In this document: piece after piece, positions 40,937 to 54,000 of the stretch
How the letters are laid out: the number at the start of each line of letters is the position of its first letter
How positions within the stretch are numbered: position 1 is the stretch's first letter
From: Trichoplax adhaerens
Lineage: Eukaryota; Animalia; Placozoa
NCBI RefSeq assembly: GCF_000150275.1
Contig: NW_002060945.1
Location: forward strand, 4,017,397-4,081,396
Length of the DNA stretch: 64,000 nucleotides
Direction: 5' to 3'
The notes under the pieces: generated by a model
What the model saw: only the letters and a program-made list of their open reading frames with translations
Database searches by the model: none
Told to the model about the DNA's origin: nothing
Position numbers and translations under genes: made by a program

Positions 40937-43900
40937 TAGACAGTTTACTCTATTTTATTGACATACTTCTTTGTGTCAACTATTTCTACTATCGCATTAT
41001 TTTTTTTACCTTAAGATATATTGGTCTTTACTTTATCGAGTGAAGCTATGTTAATTTATGAGCTGTTTTATCAGAATTCCGTTTCCTTGATCACAATATT
41101 AATCGATTATCGAATCTACTAATAAATTGATTTCATCACTTAAGTTCTAAAGAATTCGTAATTTATCTATAGCCTAGCTATTAGTTAAAATGTAAGAAAT
41201 TCCTTTTTTGAAACAGTCAACAGATTTATTAGTCATATTTCAATAACTTATCATGGGTAAAAATGAATTGGTGCAGTATGAGATTTAGTATTTATTCTTA
41301 CTTGTAAGTACTTCCTGCATGGTAATGGCTAATAAACTAAAATATGAAGTGATTGCAATCCAATTTTGTTAAATAATTAGCAATATTTCATAGTAAACAA
41401 ATCTTTGTAAGTTATAAAGTAATGTTAAAATTAACTACAAATCTCACTACTAAATGAAGAATGAGGTAATGTATCTTATATTACTTATTTTTAGTAAGAT
41501 CAAAAATTAACTTCCTGTTGCTGCATATAATAAAAAGATGATGCAGCTCTACTTTCAGGTCAGAATTAATCGGAACGACTATCGGCACTAAGATGAACTC
41601 AGTCAAATAACTGGTCTAGATAACAAGCAAGAAAATTGAATTACTAAACCATACTACGTTATATTATAATGTAATTAATTTTCTTTCTTCTATATTATCC
41701 CTTGGAACTAATTATAAGGGTAAATAGCTTTGATAAGCTGCTATATAAAACGATAAAATCGGAATTAAAGCAACATAGCGGAGCTATAAAAGTGATTAGT
41801 TCTTAACATACTCCTTTTGCCTTATTCAGCTAATTATTGAAACATAGGATTGTAAGTGTACAGAAAATTTTATTAAAATAGTTAATAGTAAATTTATGTA
41901 GTAAAACTATAAAACAACATATTGGCTACAATAGACATCTCCAATAGAGCTATTGTCCTATGATCGTTCGTAGATGATGTTACTATTTATTTCCTTATAT
42001 TTTGGACCACGATAAATACAGCGAATATTATACAAGTGTTAAATTTAGAAAGATTAACTAGAAATTTCTGGTAGTTGCAATTTACTTAATCGCAAAGGAT
42101 AAGATACGGGGAATGATAGCTGATATGAATGTTATTTCTAGTACGCAATTAATTTGAGAACACTGTGAGGAAGATGACAATAAACAAGAATTCATGCAGT
42201 ATCCATTTGTATTCAAAGCTACCTTTGAGTGTTTCTAATAATCGCTTCACGAAATAATATAACTCATTCGATTGATTAATTATCAATCAAGTATATGCCA
42301 TAATAATTATAAGTCTCCTTTGCTGTTAACTTCTCTATTCCCTTTTCGATTACTATGATGTTTTAAAAATAAAGTTTTATTTCAGGGAAGAAAACTGCTG
42401 TTACCAAGATATGTAGCCACTTCTAGACTTGACTATTAGTAATTTTTATTATTTTAAATATTCAAAATAAATACATTTAGAAATTATACAGCGCCGTGCC
42501 ATATTCTAGTTGCTATAGACTCAGCTTTATTGTGAAGAAGAGACAAGATGAAAAAGATCTATTCAATATTTTGCAAAGAATAATTTAAAGCCTTAATAAT
42601 ACCTATTTCAGTCCCACAAGATTTCATTTAATATTAAACCGAATTTTAAACTCAACTATCTCATTTAAAGTTCGTATTTCGAAATAATTACACGTCTTAG
42701 CAGAACAATATGGCTTTTACAATAACTCAGCATCCCAGAAGCTGGTCGTAGAAGACCGTCTACATCGATAAATAATTCTAATTTACCTGCTGTGGCACAT
42801 TATATCAAAAATGGCTGAATAGATTCTTTTTCATCTATCATTCTACCATTCTTCTAACATTTTTGCCTCTATTTAGTATAAAATTGTGAATGCAATTAGA
42901 TATTATATTGCTAAATGCAAACCTTATTTTCGATAAATTTTTTATCGTATAAATATGGCAATTATAAATGATCTAAATTTACAATAATCTCTTAGAATCG
43001 GAATTTAATAAATCGTGGTAACATGCAAGTAGAATGTCTCAATGCTAGTTTCAAAAAGATAGTGAACCATTCCAAGCAATCAATAACATCGTCAACAAAT
43101 AGCACAATCAATTACGGTTTATAATTTACCGGATTATAAAAGAACGAGAATTTAGTCTGCCAGATGTAAACAGTCATTGGCCTCCAGCTAATTTCTCCTT
43201 ATTGAAATTAACCCGTTTTTCCAAGAGAAAATAATAATAAATTGTATTATCTAGACAGCCATTCTTCTGTTCTCTCAACTGGTGGTCGCATCAATTATTT
43301 CTATTTTATCTCATAGTTGGCTGTAACCACTTAAAAAAGAAACCGTTACTATATGATTGCTAAAATCTAATTAAGATAAAACGTAAAATTCCCAAAATTC
43401 CTGCGTATTTTCATGACTTCTTACTGTACGACAGCCTTAAATAATTACGAATAGCTATCGGGCCAAATCATATGATGTAAAGAAACAAAATAGAACTCTC
43501 AATAATTTGCTATAAATATTATTTTTATGATTTAGGTATAAACAGTTCTACTGAGCTAGTCAAATATAGTTAATAATGACGCATATCAATACTTAGTATA
43601 GCAGCAATTTTTATTCATATGTGAAGCAGTATGTTCAGAATACATTTATAGCAGTTGCAAAGTAAATAACGATAACATTATAATATTATACCTGCAGTTT
43701 ATTGGAGTATTGAAAGCGTATATTAGAATCCTACTGAAAATTATAATACAATTTTTAGGATAATTAAAGTCATAAAGAATTTCATTCTAGTCTTCTAGAC
43801 TGATTGTCCACTTCATGGGCTAGAAAGTTTAAGTTTTATCTTACGGGATTGATTTTAAGTATCCTAAATGTCGAGTAAAGAAAACAGTAGAATTTGCAGC

Positions 43901-45659
43901 TATCATCTACATTTAGTTACTAGAATATAAAATTACGGTAATGATTACTACGCCTTGCGAATTAAATTCTAATAAACTTATAATTGAAGTCTCACTACTA
44001 AAGCATATAATAATTCAGAATTGCTTCTCGATTACAAACTAAGTAAAGGAAAGCAACCACCAAGTAAAACTCTCTTAAGTGAAAGTTTAAAATACTGGAA
44101 CTTAATAAGGAATTTAGATATTAGATACGTCAAATCCGGCTATGAGTACGATGGACTAAGAACATGATCCGAAATTAATTTAACGATTGACAACAATGTA
44201 AGCTTTGGTAAACCAGAGTATGAGTACAATTAAATATGAATGTGCCTTCCAAACTTACTTAATGATTGGTAGCAATATGAGTAATCTTATCATATATTGT
44301 GATTGAGTAAAGTAAATTTACATAGCACAAGGATGGAAGTATTATGAAGTAATCGTAATCGTCACGCTTACGAAAGCATGCTGTTACGGTGTTACATTAT
44401 CGTTAGGGATAGTTTAATAGCACAGTAATAGCTAATAAATAGTCTTACTATCTACTCATTTCAAGCAGAAGTCATAAGTTGACAAGATGGGATTAACTTA
44501 GTAATGATCTAATTTTTTCAATAATAGTGATTAATAAACTGAGAGTTGTAGGTAGATTAAGCGTAAGTACGAGTTTCAATATTTATATTATGATGTTTGT
44601 GGCTGTTATAATCACGATATCATAATAAAGGACAAGTATCACAAAATGTGAATTGAAGTAATAGCTTACTTTAAGAATTGGCTAAGTACCGCATTTTTTT
44701 AGAGAATCGTTATTTGTCCCCTTTCAAGTATATTGAAAGGATAAATTATAGAGCACTCGAACTGATTAGATACCGTATTGCATTATCTGATGCAGTCTTG
44801 CTATGATTTTTACTATTAGCAAACTGTTATTTAATTAATGGCAGTAAAAATAGATGAGGTAACTATCCCAATTTTAAAAAGTCTAGTTCTGTAATAGGAT
44901 GCTTATTTAGTATTTTCGAAGCTTTTAATCTACATACGAATTAAAATCTAGCTCATCTGTGACTATATGTGGTTCAGTGGTATATGCAAACCTTTTATAG
45001 GAGTATCGAAACTGAAATATCTATTATTATGAATCGATAATTCCAACTCTCAGAACTCATCACCATCGCTTTGTATTACAAGTAAGTGAAATAATTTTGA
45101 CTGACGTTCATTTAAAAATCCTCTAGTGCAAGTCTAACTTTAAAAGTAAGCCTTAAAGTAATGTAAATTTTTGTTTAGTTGGCGACGGAAGTGATTACAT
45201 TAGTACACGGCGACTTTATTGCATATGTATAGTAGTTACAATTTTATAACGTATTTTGTAATATTTAGCTTTTTATCATACCCTTAAATAAATTATATAT
45301 CCTGTAATAATCACATCATCATTTATATCAATATAATCTTCTGATAGACAGTATTATACATTTAACGATATTGATAATTACAATTAATCGTATTATAGCT
45401 GATATTTGATGCTGAATAACAATATACAACGTTGTAATACATTTACAGTGTCAGATTTCTTAGTATTAGCCTATTAGGCCGTGTACGAGATTAAAATAGC
45501 AATACAAGCTCATTATACATTATTGGAAGATCTTATTTAACATATATGATACTCAGAATTGAAATGATTACATGATAGGATGTTATTAAGCTATCATTAT
45601 ACAGTGCTTAATATTTTATGATCATAGGATTCCTAGAAACTCTGTTTAAGAAGGGTCTA

Positions 45660-45912
45660 GGGCAATTTGACGCAGACAATTTACCTCTGTGCAATGTAGT
45701 AATTTAGGATGAAAACAATATCAATGTAGGTTTGATATTACCAGGGTGAATTAAACACTTTGCAGTGTTTAATCCTATACGGCGTAAAATTAATCTAATA
45801 CAGTAAAGCATCTGTTTTGATATTACGAGGATAGATTTAATATTTTGCAGCGTTCAATCCCATACAGCGTCAATTTAATTTCATGCGGTAAATTGTCCGC
45901 AGTCAATTATCC
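45660..45912. mobile_element. MITE-like non-autonomous DNA element
   Basis: Imperfect ~26-bp TIRs: GGGCAATTTGACGCAGACAATTTACC versus the reverse complement of the right end, GGATAATTGACTGCGGACAATTTACC. Internal diverged direct repeat with 85-bp spacing (TTTGATATTAC at 45731 and 45816). No clear TSD. Confidence 0.65.
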
Positions 45913-46360
45913 GGTATCGATTCAAGAATAAGTATGCAGAACTGCACATAGCACGCAGTATTATACCGATCTCCTCTATCCTACCATTTCAAAACTCCAT
46001 ATTCTCGTTAATTTAAGCGATTGAGATCAATGTTGGTTAATAAGTGTAGAGTGTCTACTTCTACGATGCTGGCAAAAGTTGCATCATTATTTTCATGGTA
46101 TGAATAATTATACTGTACTGTAGATCGAGAAATTTTGCGTAAGAAAGCAGAAGAGACTTACAGTATCAAAGTTTCAATTTCATTGTACTTTAAAGCTTAA
46201 TGTACATTAGTGCTTCGTATTTCTAAGTTGACTAATGGAAGTTAAGGTAAGTTGTCATTTAGTTCATCAATTTTGAATGAAATCTCAACATTAATAAAGT
46301 AGAGTGGAGGCTGTAATATTGTTGATGTATTAATAACGCTCTAAACATGCGTACACTCCT

Positions 46361-46720
46361 TACAGTACACTACCGTACAACTCGGACTGCAGTACCAGTT
46401 CATGGTTGTCGTAACTACAGTACAGTACTACTGTACAGTACAGTACTGTAGGTGAAAACTAATACTGTACTGTACACAGTGCAAAGTACGTACAGTACTG
46501 TAGACTGTACAAGTGTCAAACTGCGCGTGCGTTAAATCCTGCACACTATGTGCACTGCGCACTGCGCATTTCCATAGAAAATCCACAAAGACAGCTTCGG
46601 ATTACGGTACTGTAGAATGTGTATATTGCAGTACTGTACAGTACTGTACTGTACACTGTACTGTAAGTTTGACTCTTCAACCTGCAAGTACGACTGCTCA
46701 GTGCACACTGCACACCTTTG
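46361..46720. repeat. Palindromic TACAG/CTGTA low-complexity array in the PRELID1 promoter
   Basis: Perfect TACAGTACTGTA at 46439-46450, 46491-46502 and 46637-46648. An 18-bp palindrome CAGTACTGTACAGTACTG at 46629-46646, plus many partial copies. Confidence 0.85.
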
Positions 46721-46792
46721 CACATACCCTCTCGCCATCGCACGTTACCTAGGACATCTTTTTGATCAACCTTGTTATTCTCATGTAACAAC

Positions 46793-49033
46793 ATGGCAAA
46801 GTTTTACTCCAGTTCCAACGTTTACAAGTAAGTTCAATGCCAATCAATGATTCTATTGAAATCATGTTGCTGTTATTACATAGTCCATGATTGATTTTAC
46901 TCATTGAATAGTACAATTATTGAAATTTTAACTTAATAAAAAGCCAATATGCTTGCATCAACCATACTGTCCTTGATGGCGCACGCGTTGATTTGTATTT
47001 GCCGAGCGTGCTGTCGTTAACGCCAATTATTATGATATTTTGGCCGCTAATCAGATGTAAGACGGTGCTACGTTATGCCATGGTAATGAATTCATCTTTG
47101 CCAATTGCAATTATTCCTTACTTGATAATGTACTTTATCATCATTCATCGACCAGGAACGGCCATGTCAGTATAACAACAGTACTTTCTGATACAGTATT
47201 GTCGATCGGATTAGATAGTAGGTTACTTTATTCTACGCAATTTTCCTGCTAGGATTACCCAAACGATTTCTATTGCGAATTTGCTAGTCTAAAAAGGATA
47301 ATGCACGTTACAATTTTGTATGTTACATCCGAAGCCACAAATAGGGTAGCCAGTATGAGTTTAAAATATCCACACTATACTAGTATATTACAGGTATTAG
47401 CTGTTATGCGGACAAGTGGCTTTTTACTCATCGGCCATCGGTATAATTCTTCTCCGTCTCACATGTTCCTACAGTAGATACGTCAGGGACTTCTGAATTT
47501 CCTCTTTCTAAGTCCCTGCTGATGCACATAGGCAATATCGTAATCCTACCGTACAAGTAGACCCTTGTCAACGTTACGTTTACGCCATAATAGAATTAAA
47601 TGTTGTGAGTACAGTAGCTATATGATCTGTGCCCACTAAGTGTGAATTATTATTGGATCCGATGTCCTTAGCTTCGATTGGGATCAAGTATCTGCTATTT
47701 ACTGGAAGAAATATCCAAACCCTTACAGTCCACACGTATTAACCGAGGACGTTATTGAAAGGTCAGTTGGTCAATTAATATTGAATACCTTTTGTAAGTT
47801 TGAAAGAATAAGTATATAAACAATACTGCTCTATCCCACTGCATATCATAGGAAAGTTGTGGATCGTAAGTTAATAACTACTCGCTTATTAAAGAAAACG
47901 AACAAACTCCCGAGATGGGGAGAAAAGGTATCGTTGTTATTTCTACTACATTTATAATCTCTAACATACAATATCTACAGTGTATGCAATAACCATAATA
48001 GATCTCTCTGAAGTGTGATAATGCTAGAAATTATTGCATAGAACTGCTATTAATAACTTACACGTCATTCTGCTTTATATGGTAGCTACTACCTTTAAAC
48101 AGCTCGGCCTATATTGTAGAAGAATCCATTGTTGATCCAGTCAATAAAAAACTAACCACTTATACTCGAAATATTACTTTAACTAAATGGTTATTATTGG
48201 AAGAAAAGTGCGAATATTACCCATGTTCACAAAATTCGAATTGGTACGGTATAAGGCGCTATGCAATGAGTAAATGTTCTGGCACAAATATACGTATATA
48301 TCTTATTGGTACATCACTACTGAATTGTATTTGTGTGTCTTCGTTCATAAAAACGTATAGATTTTACGTTATTGAATTACTGTTGTCAAGTTATTAATTA
48401 ATTTCAGTGTTGTAACTGAAACTTTAGTATAAAATTATAATGTTGTATTTTTATGCTTATTTGACGTTAATTTATCACAATTATCTGAATGATTTTCGCA
48501 GGACGATTTGTAAGCGCTATGCATGGATTAGTTCATCAATGTTTGGCCTAGCGCCTGCCTTGAAAGCATTTGGCTACGAAAGATTTAAATCGAATGCTTC
48601 AAAGGTAAAGATTGTATTAACTAATATATATAATTGATTTACGATTGGTCAAAATTTAATTTGTATATTTAATTTTTTTGTTATGTAATGAAACTTGTAG
48701 TAAAGTATGGTAGTTTTGATACTGTCATTGTCATTTATTGACTTGGCAGTATCTGGTAACTGGTGCTAATTATAAATTCTTACTAAAAATATCGCATTCT
48801 ACTTAATACAACGTAAATATTCTTTCTGTCTGTTAATGTCTTCTTGGTAATGGATTCTGCATAATTAATGCTTCAGTTGTTCTTCGTTTAATTAATTACT
48901 ACAGGCAATTAAAGGATTATCTTATGCCCTAAAAAAATCCTCTGAAAGCGACAATTCTCAATATCAGTATATTATGGCTCATGGCTCCAATAATCAACCA
49001 ATATTCGATCCTCCGAAAGCTACCTGCACGTGA
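46793..49033 (+). CDS. PRELID1: PRELI domain-containing protein 1 (Ups1-like mitochondrial phosphatidic-acid transfer protein), 196 aa
   Basis: Exons 46793-46827, 47672-47761, 47852-47927, 48086-48243, 48502-48604 and 48905-49033 (591 nt, phase-consistent GT-AG). Protein MAKFYSSSNVYNFDWDQVSAIYWKKYPNPYSPHVLTEDVIER...RLLKKTNKLPRWGEK...EESIVDP...AWISSSMFG...FGYERFKSNASK has the PRELID1 rather than PRELID3 signatures. Confidence 0.95.
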
Positions 49034-49174
49034 ATCTCAAGCACTTTTAGATCCCAGGAGCTTTCAACCCGTGAAACCAATAATGCCATTGTCGATATAA
49101 AATTCGCTGCATTATTACACTTACAGATATAAGTCGCAGACACAGCGAGCAATACACGTAAACTTTATTTATAA

Positions 49175-49180
49175 AATAAA
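49175..49180 (+). terminator. Candidate polyadenylation signal of PRELID1
   Basis: AATAAA ~140 nt after the stop codon, followed by T/GT-rich sequence. Confidence 0.5.
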
Positions 49181-51014
49181 TTTTTGAGATGTATTGTTTT
49201 ACTTGAAGGATAATAATGTTTATGTAGATTAATTAATTATTGACGAAATTTACCTTTTATATGCACGCATACAGTATAATTGCCGAAAGTGAACCGATGT
49301 GCTATTTATGACTCAGCAACGTAATCGTAAACTTTCAATTATTATTTTAAAACTAGGCATCCTTTTAATCTTTTCCTCGAACTAATTACTATTGTTAGGT
49401 ACTATTTAATGATATCGGTGATAATTGCAGCGTACCTCTTGCAGTAATGGATAAAATGCTACAAAATTGAGGCATGTTTGCATGCTTTAAATTAAATTTA
49501 CTATGCCATGAAATGTATTTGATTCGTGCAGATTTGTCATACAGCGCGTTAACTGGATATAGTAGATGCAAAGATACAAAGGAAAAGAATATTAGATAGG
49601 TTGTTTTATAACTACCATAACTAATAATTTACTACTATATTGCTGAAATTACAAAATTTTGTGATAATTTTTAAATTAGGTTGCTAAAAATATATTATAA
49701 AATTGTTTAAAATAAATCTAAGATAATCTAAAAATCTTTTTACAATTTAGATCAACCTGTACGTGACTTGATTTTATACTTTGTCTAAAATACTGACTAG
49801 TTACATTTGCATAGTTATGATATCGATAACTTAATGTTGACAATGTTAGGAAAACGAACCATACGACTACATAGTTATTTCAAAGGTACTGATTAATACA
49901 CAGGCTATCAACTCTAGTACGAGGCGGAATAATTCTAGAATATGAGTAGGCTGCATCATTGGAAAATCATACAGCGTCTACAATATTTTAAAATTTTTAA
50001 TAATGATTACTATCTAGGAATATTTATTATAATTATTAATGTAGTCTTATAATCTCAATCCATGAAACTGTGGCATTTAAATCGAAAGCTTTAAAACGAT
50101 TAGATGACTTCAGTTTTATTTTAAAAAAGTTGTATCATTTGAATATCGCTTCAGGTACAAGCGCAAGAAAAGTAATAAATATATATTTGCACAAGCATTC
50201 ATAAATCTATAATATCATCAGGTAGTTAATTCTGGTACGTAATATATGCCCTATATATCATCATAAAAACAGTTATTGAACACTTCAAATCGAAATAAAA
50301 TTAACAGGGTTATTAAAATATGTAATCCGTTTATCGTCTTGATACCAAATGCTCAACGTAATCATATAATCATGATTATACACTAAGAAAAAAGGATTAT
50401 ATTAATAAATTTACGTAATTGCTTTACCACAATCTGACAATAAAGAATCACTCCATAATATTGAGGAATGCTTATGCTGATCAAGACTCCATCAAGATTC
50501 TCATGCAAGTAACGGCACGATCAAAATTTTACACTAATTTGACTATCATAATCCATCCGCAAACGAAAGATAAAATTAGAATTATATGTACTATTATCAA
50601 TCATATATACGCGTACTTAATATGACTTTTTAAATATATTGTAGCATTACAAATCATGCTGTCTCATTGTCCATGCATAATTATAATTAGTTCAAAGATG
50701 GTTTGAGTACATTATTAAAGTAGTTTTATCTTTATACAAGCAATAATAAAATCAAAGATGAAAAGTGTTTACTTCCTGTAGGCTGATCAATGTGCTCGAG
50801 CATATCCATCACCTATATTACCGCTTATCAAGTAACAAGAAGTCTACTTTAAGATCTGTTTACCCAGTTTCTTACTTTATATGATTAAAACAAATTTTTG
50901 GAATGCCACTGTGGATATTAAATTCTTTCAAACGGTATATAAAATGCTATAACTTCGCAAAAATCACTTGAAAACCTTCTAATCATCTCTGTTAAATCAT
51001 CCATCATATGAGTT

Positions 51015-54000
51015 TCACGTAGCTGTATGATCACTATTGCCGGTATTATCGATTGCAGTTGGAAAGACAGCAGCGACAGAAGTGCATAACATGTTCAAGT
51101 AACTACTGCTATCCTCCAATTCTTGAGAAGATTTAATATTCTCTGGTGATGCCATCTCTATTAAATTGTGATCAAAATGAGAATGTCCGTTACTCAAAGT
51201 AGTCATTATAAAAGATTAATTATCAAATTGGATCTCTTAATTCGTGCACTAAAATTATTGACATATTCGGAAATTTTATTTTATAACAAAATCAAACCTA
51301 TTGCCTTTAGAACATCTTTCTCTTGAAGCTTCAAAGCTCTCAATTCTTCCTGCTTCTTGAACAGTTTTTGCTATAATTGAAGTGATAATTTGATAAGAAG
51401 TATAACTAGTTTTATTTTACGATGAAAAAATATCGTGTAAGATAAAGATGTATAAGAAATGCTTCTGAAATTGTAATAGGAATAAACTTACCAACTTTTT
51501 ATTACATTTCATATGTAATTCAACATATCGTAAACCATCAACGAAAGCAACTTTAACAGTACACATGTTAGAACTACAAGAGGAAAAGAATAGAATTTTA
51601 ATGGAATACCCATGAATTAAACCCTACTAAGATATTAATAATAATTATTTACCTAAATTTATCGAATTATAGCTGTACGTAGAAAATTTTGAATACGGTG
51701 TGTACCTTGTTGCAATTTTCGAATATTTTACTTGCTTGATAATTTCATAATGATTGATTTCATCAGTATCTACTCCATTTATCGCTAGAATTTCATCACC
51801 TGTAATTTTTCAATTATCAAAGTTAGCATGTAAAAAGCCTTGTTACCTACACATGCTTAGTACTATAATCTATTATTAGTTTTTGGCAATATAGTTTAAT
51901 CAGTACTATCTACTTTAAGTATTTTATTGCAAAGTCATAAAAACAAGAAATGATGCAGATTCCATAGTTCATTATTAATAATCATAAGGTCTGGTACTGA
52001 TATTGGTTGTAAGTGTTTATTTTTTACCTGGAAATAACCCACATCGCTTTGCAGGTCCAAGTGAGTCAACATCGGTAACAAACGTTCGATGCCTCATATT
52101 GCCATCTTTATCTCGTAGTCCAATTGTCTGTATACAATGACAGTAACAGCTATAGTTACGATTCTAATAGCTATAAACTTTAATATTTACAAAATTTTGC
52201 TATAAATAATACGAAAATATTGTCCCAAATCCTTTTCTAACCGTAATAGAAAACCCAAAACCTTGATCACTGTCTTTAGAAATTCTCACAAGTCGAAGCA
52301 TTTTCTTTTGCCTTTGGTTTAAGCTGCAATCGCTGTCATAGCTAAAAAATATTTGAAATTCGTAAGAACGATTAATAACTACACTAATGACATCAAACCT
52401 GATTTGCTCTTATCGAGCATTTTGTATTTAGATATCGATATTATATTGCACCACAAACTGTTTGCATAACATGTTAAGTATTAAAGTAAACACTCTACTA
52501 TATTTAATTTATAAAATGAGTACTTATAACAAATCAAGAAAATACTACCTTCTATGTTAAAATCTTCGATTACATACACAATTAATAGCATACGTATATT
52601 GTTATTGCTATTGATGACATGAATGCTATTCAAAATAATGCACTAATCTCGATTAAATATATAGAGCAAATCGAACAGTCATTTATGCAAACGGCACAAA
52701 TGTAAGCTGCTTTCTATTGCAAATTATATCAACTGGATATGAAGTCATTGCAGTAATTCTCTTTAATACATTAGTACAAGGGTAAGCCCATTAATATTAC
52801 TATCTATCACGATTAAATTACACGGTGCAAATCTTATGAGACTGTGGCATGACATTATTATTATAATTAATGTATGTCTACTTGATTAAATTTTTACCCT
52901 ATTCATGCAACGATGTGTACAGTTTCAGAGTATAGTTACATTATACCTTAATTGGTGTTACAGATACCCTACACTACAGCGTATGATACTCCAGTAGGCT
53001 AAAATATAGACCAAATGCCTGTCATGAAAATATGGCTTGTAGGCTACTATGAATTACTGCTATTAACTCGTAAATTAAATTAATTGAATTGCACTTGAAG
53101 ATGTAAATATACACTAAAATTAAAAAAAAACAATGTAAAAATGGCTAAATTTTACAAATTCCACAATTCATAAGTACAAAATACGGATTCTCCTGGAAGA
53201 TCAATTACCTCATTGATATTTGATTGCTTAATCTACACTAATTTTACGTTATGGTACACTTTTAAATTCGAACTAATTACCATTTATGTTAGTATAGGCG
53301 AAGAAATATTTAATTTATTATCAGTTTAAACTACTGCATCGATCTTGTAAAATAGTAATATTCGTTAAATTACTCTACGTATACTGCCCTCAAATAAAAT
53401 GATATCATACCTAGGACTAAAGCTAATACTATCAGCCCTTCTGCGCATTGGCTCAGTCAGAGTCAATTTTATACTACTTCGGTGATTCTTGAATTTGGAT
53501 TTTGGACTTAGTTGCCGTGATATCCTCCTATACGTGAGTAGGATTAATAAAATGTTGTAAGCATTGATGCCTGAACTCAATACTCTGTAAGATTGACTTT
53601 TAAAAATCCATGCATGTAAGCAGGTGTAACTTTAGTTTAGAAAATATCCAATATTACTTCCTCTACTATCCTCACTTACAGGGTTTCTAGGTCAGACTTG
53701 GTACTAAATGATCAAAGAAAGATTACATGGTTACGTATCGTTTAGTTGTCTTAAGTAAATTGTCTAATTAGCAGTTGGATAGTAACTTGAAATATGGAGA
53801 TTTACGAGAGTTGCAATTTTTTTATCCCAATATTTCTCTCCACTTACCACGTATCGAAACCGGTTTTACTCCTTCGCGTACACCTTATAGTAGTCTAATT
53901 TTTAAAGTAAATATTACTTCAGATAAATATACTGAAAGACATTTTGCGAAATTAAAAGCAAAGCCATTTACCTCCTCAAATGAATTTGATCGAAGATACT

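Noticed and set aside
44010-44166. Frame KGKQPPSKTLLSESLKYWNLIRNLDIR loosely like a Gypsy pol linker
   Set aside because: No catalytic or zinc-binding motif nearby; the resemblance is subjective.
46513-46850. Four overlapping ORFs upstream of PRELID1, and a CRISPR-like reading of the repeats
   Set aside because: The ORFs arise from the stop-poor TACAG array. There is no repeat-spacer periodicity, and the context is eukaryotic.
47051-47143. Minus-strand C box (TGATGA) and D box (CTGA) pair
   Set aside because: It is antisense to the host intron, has no adjacent terminal stem and no recognisable guide.
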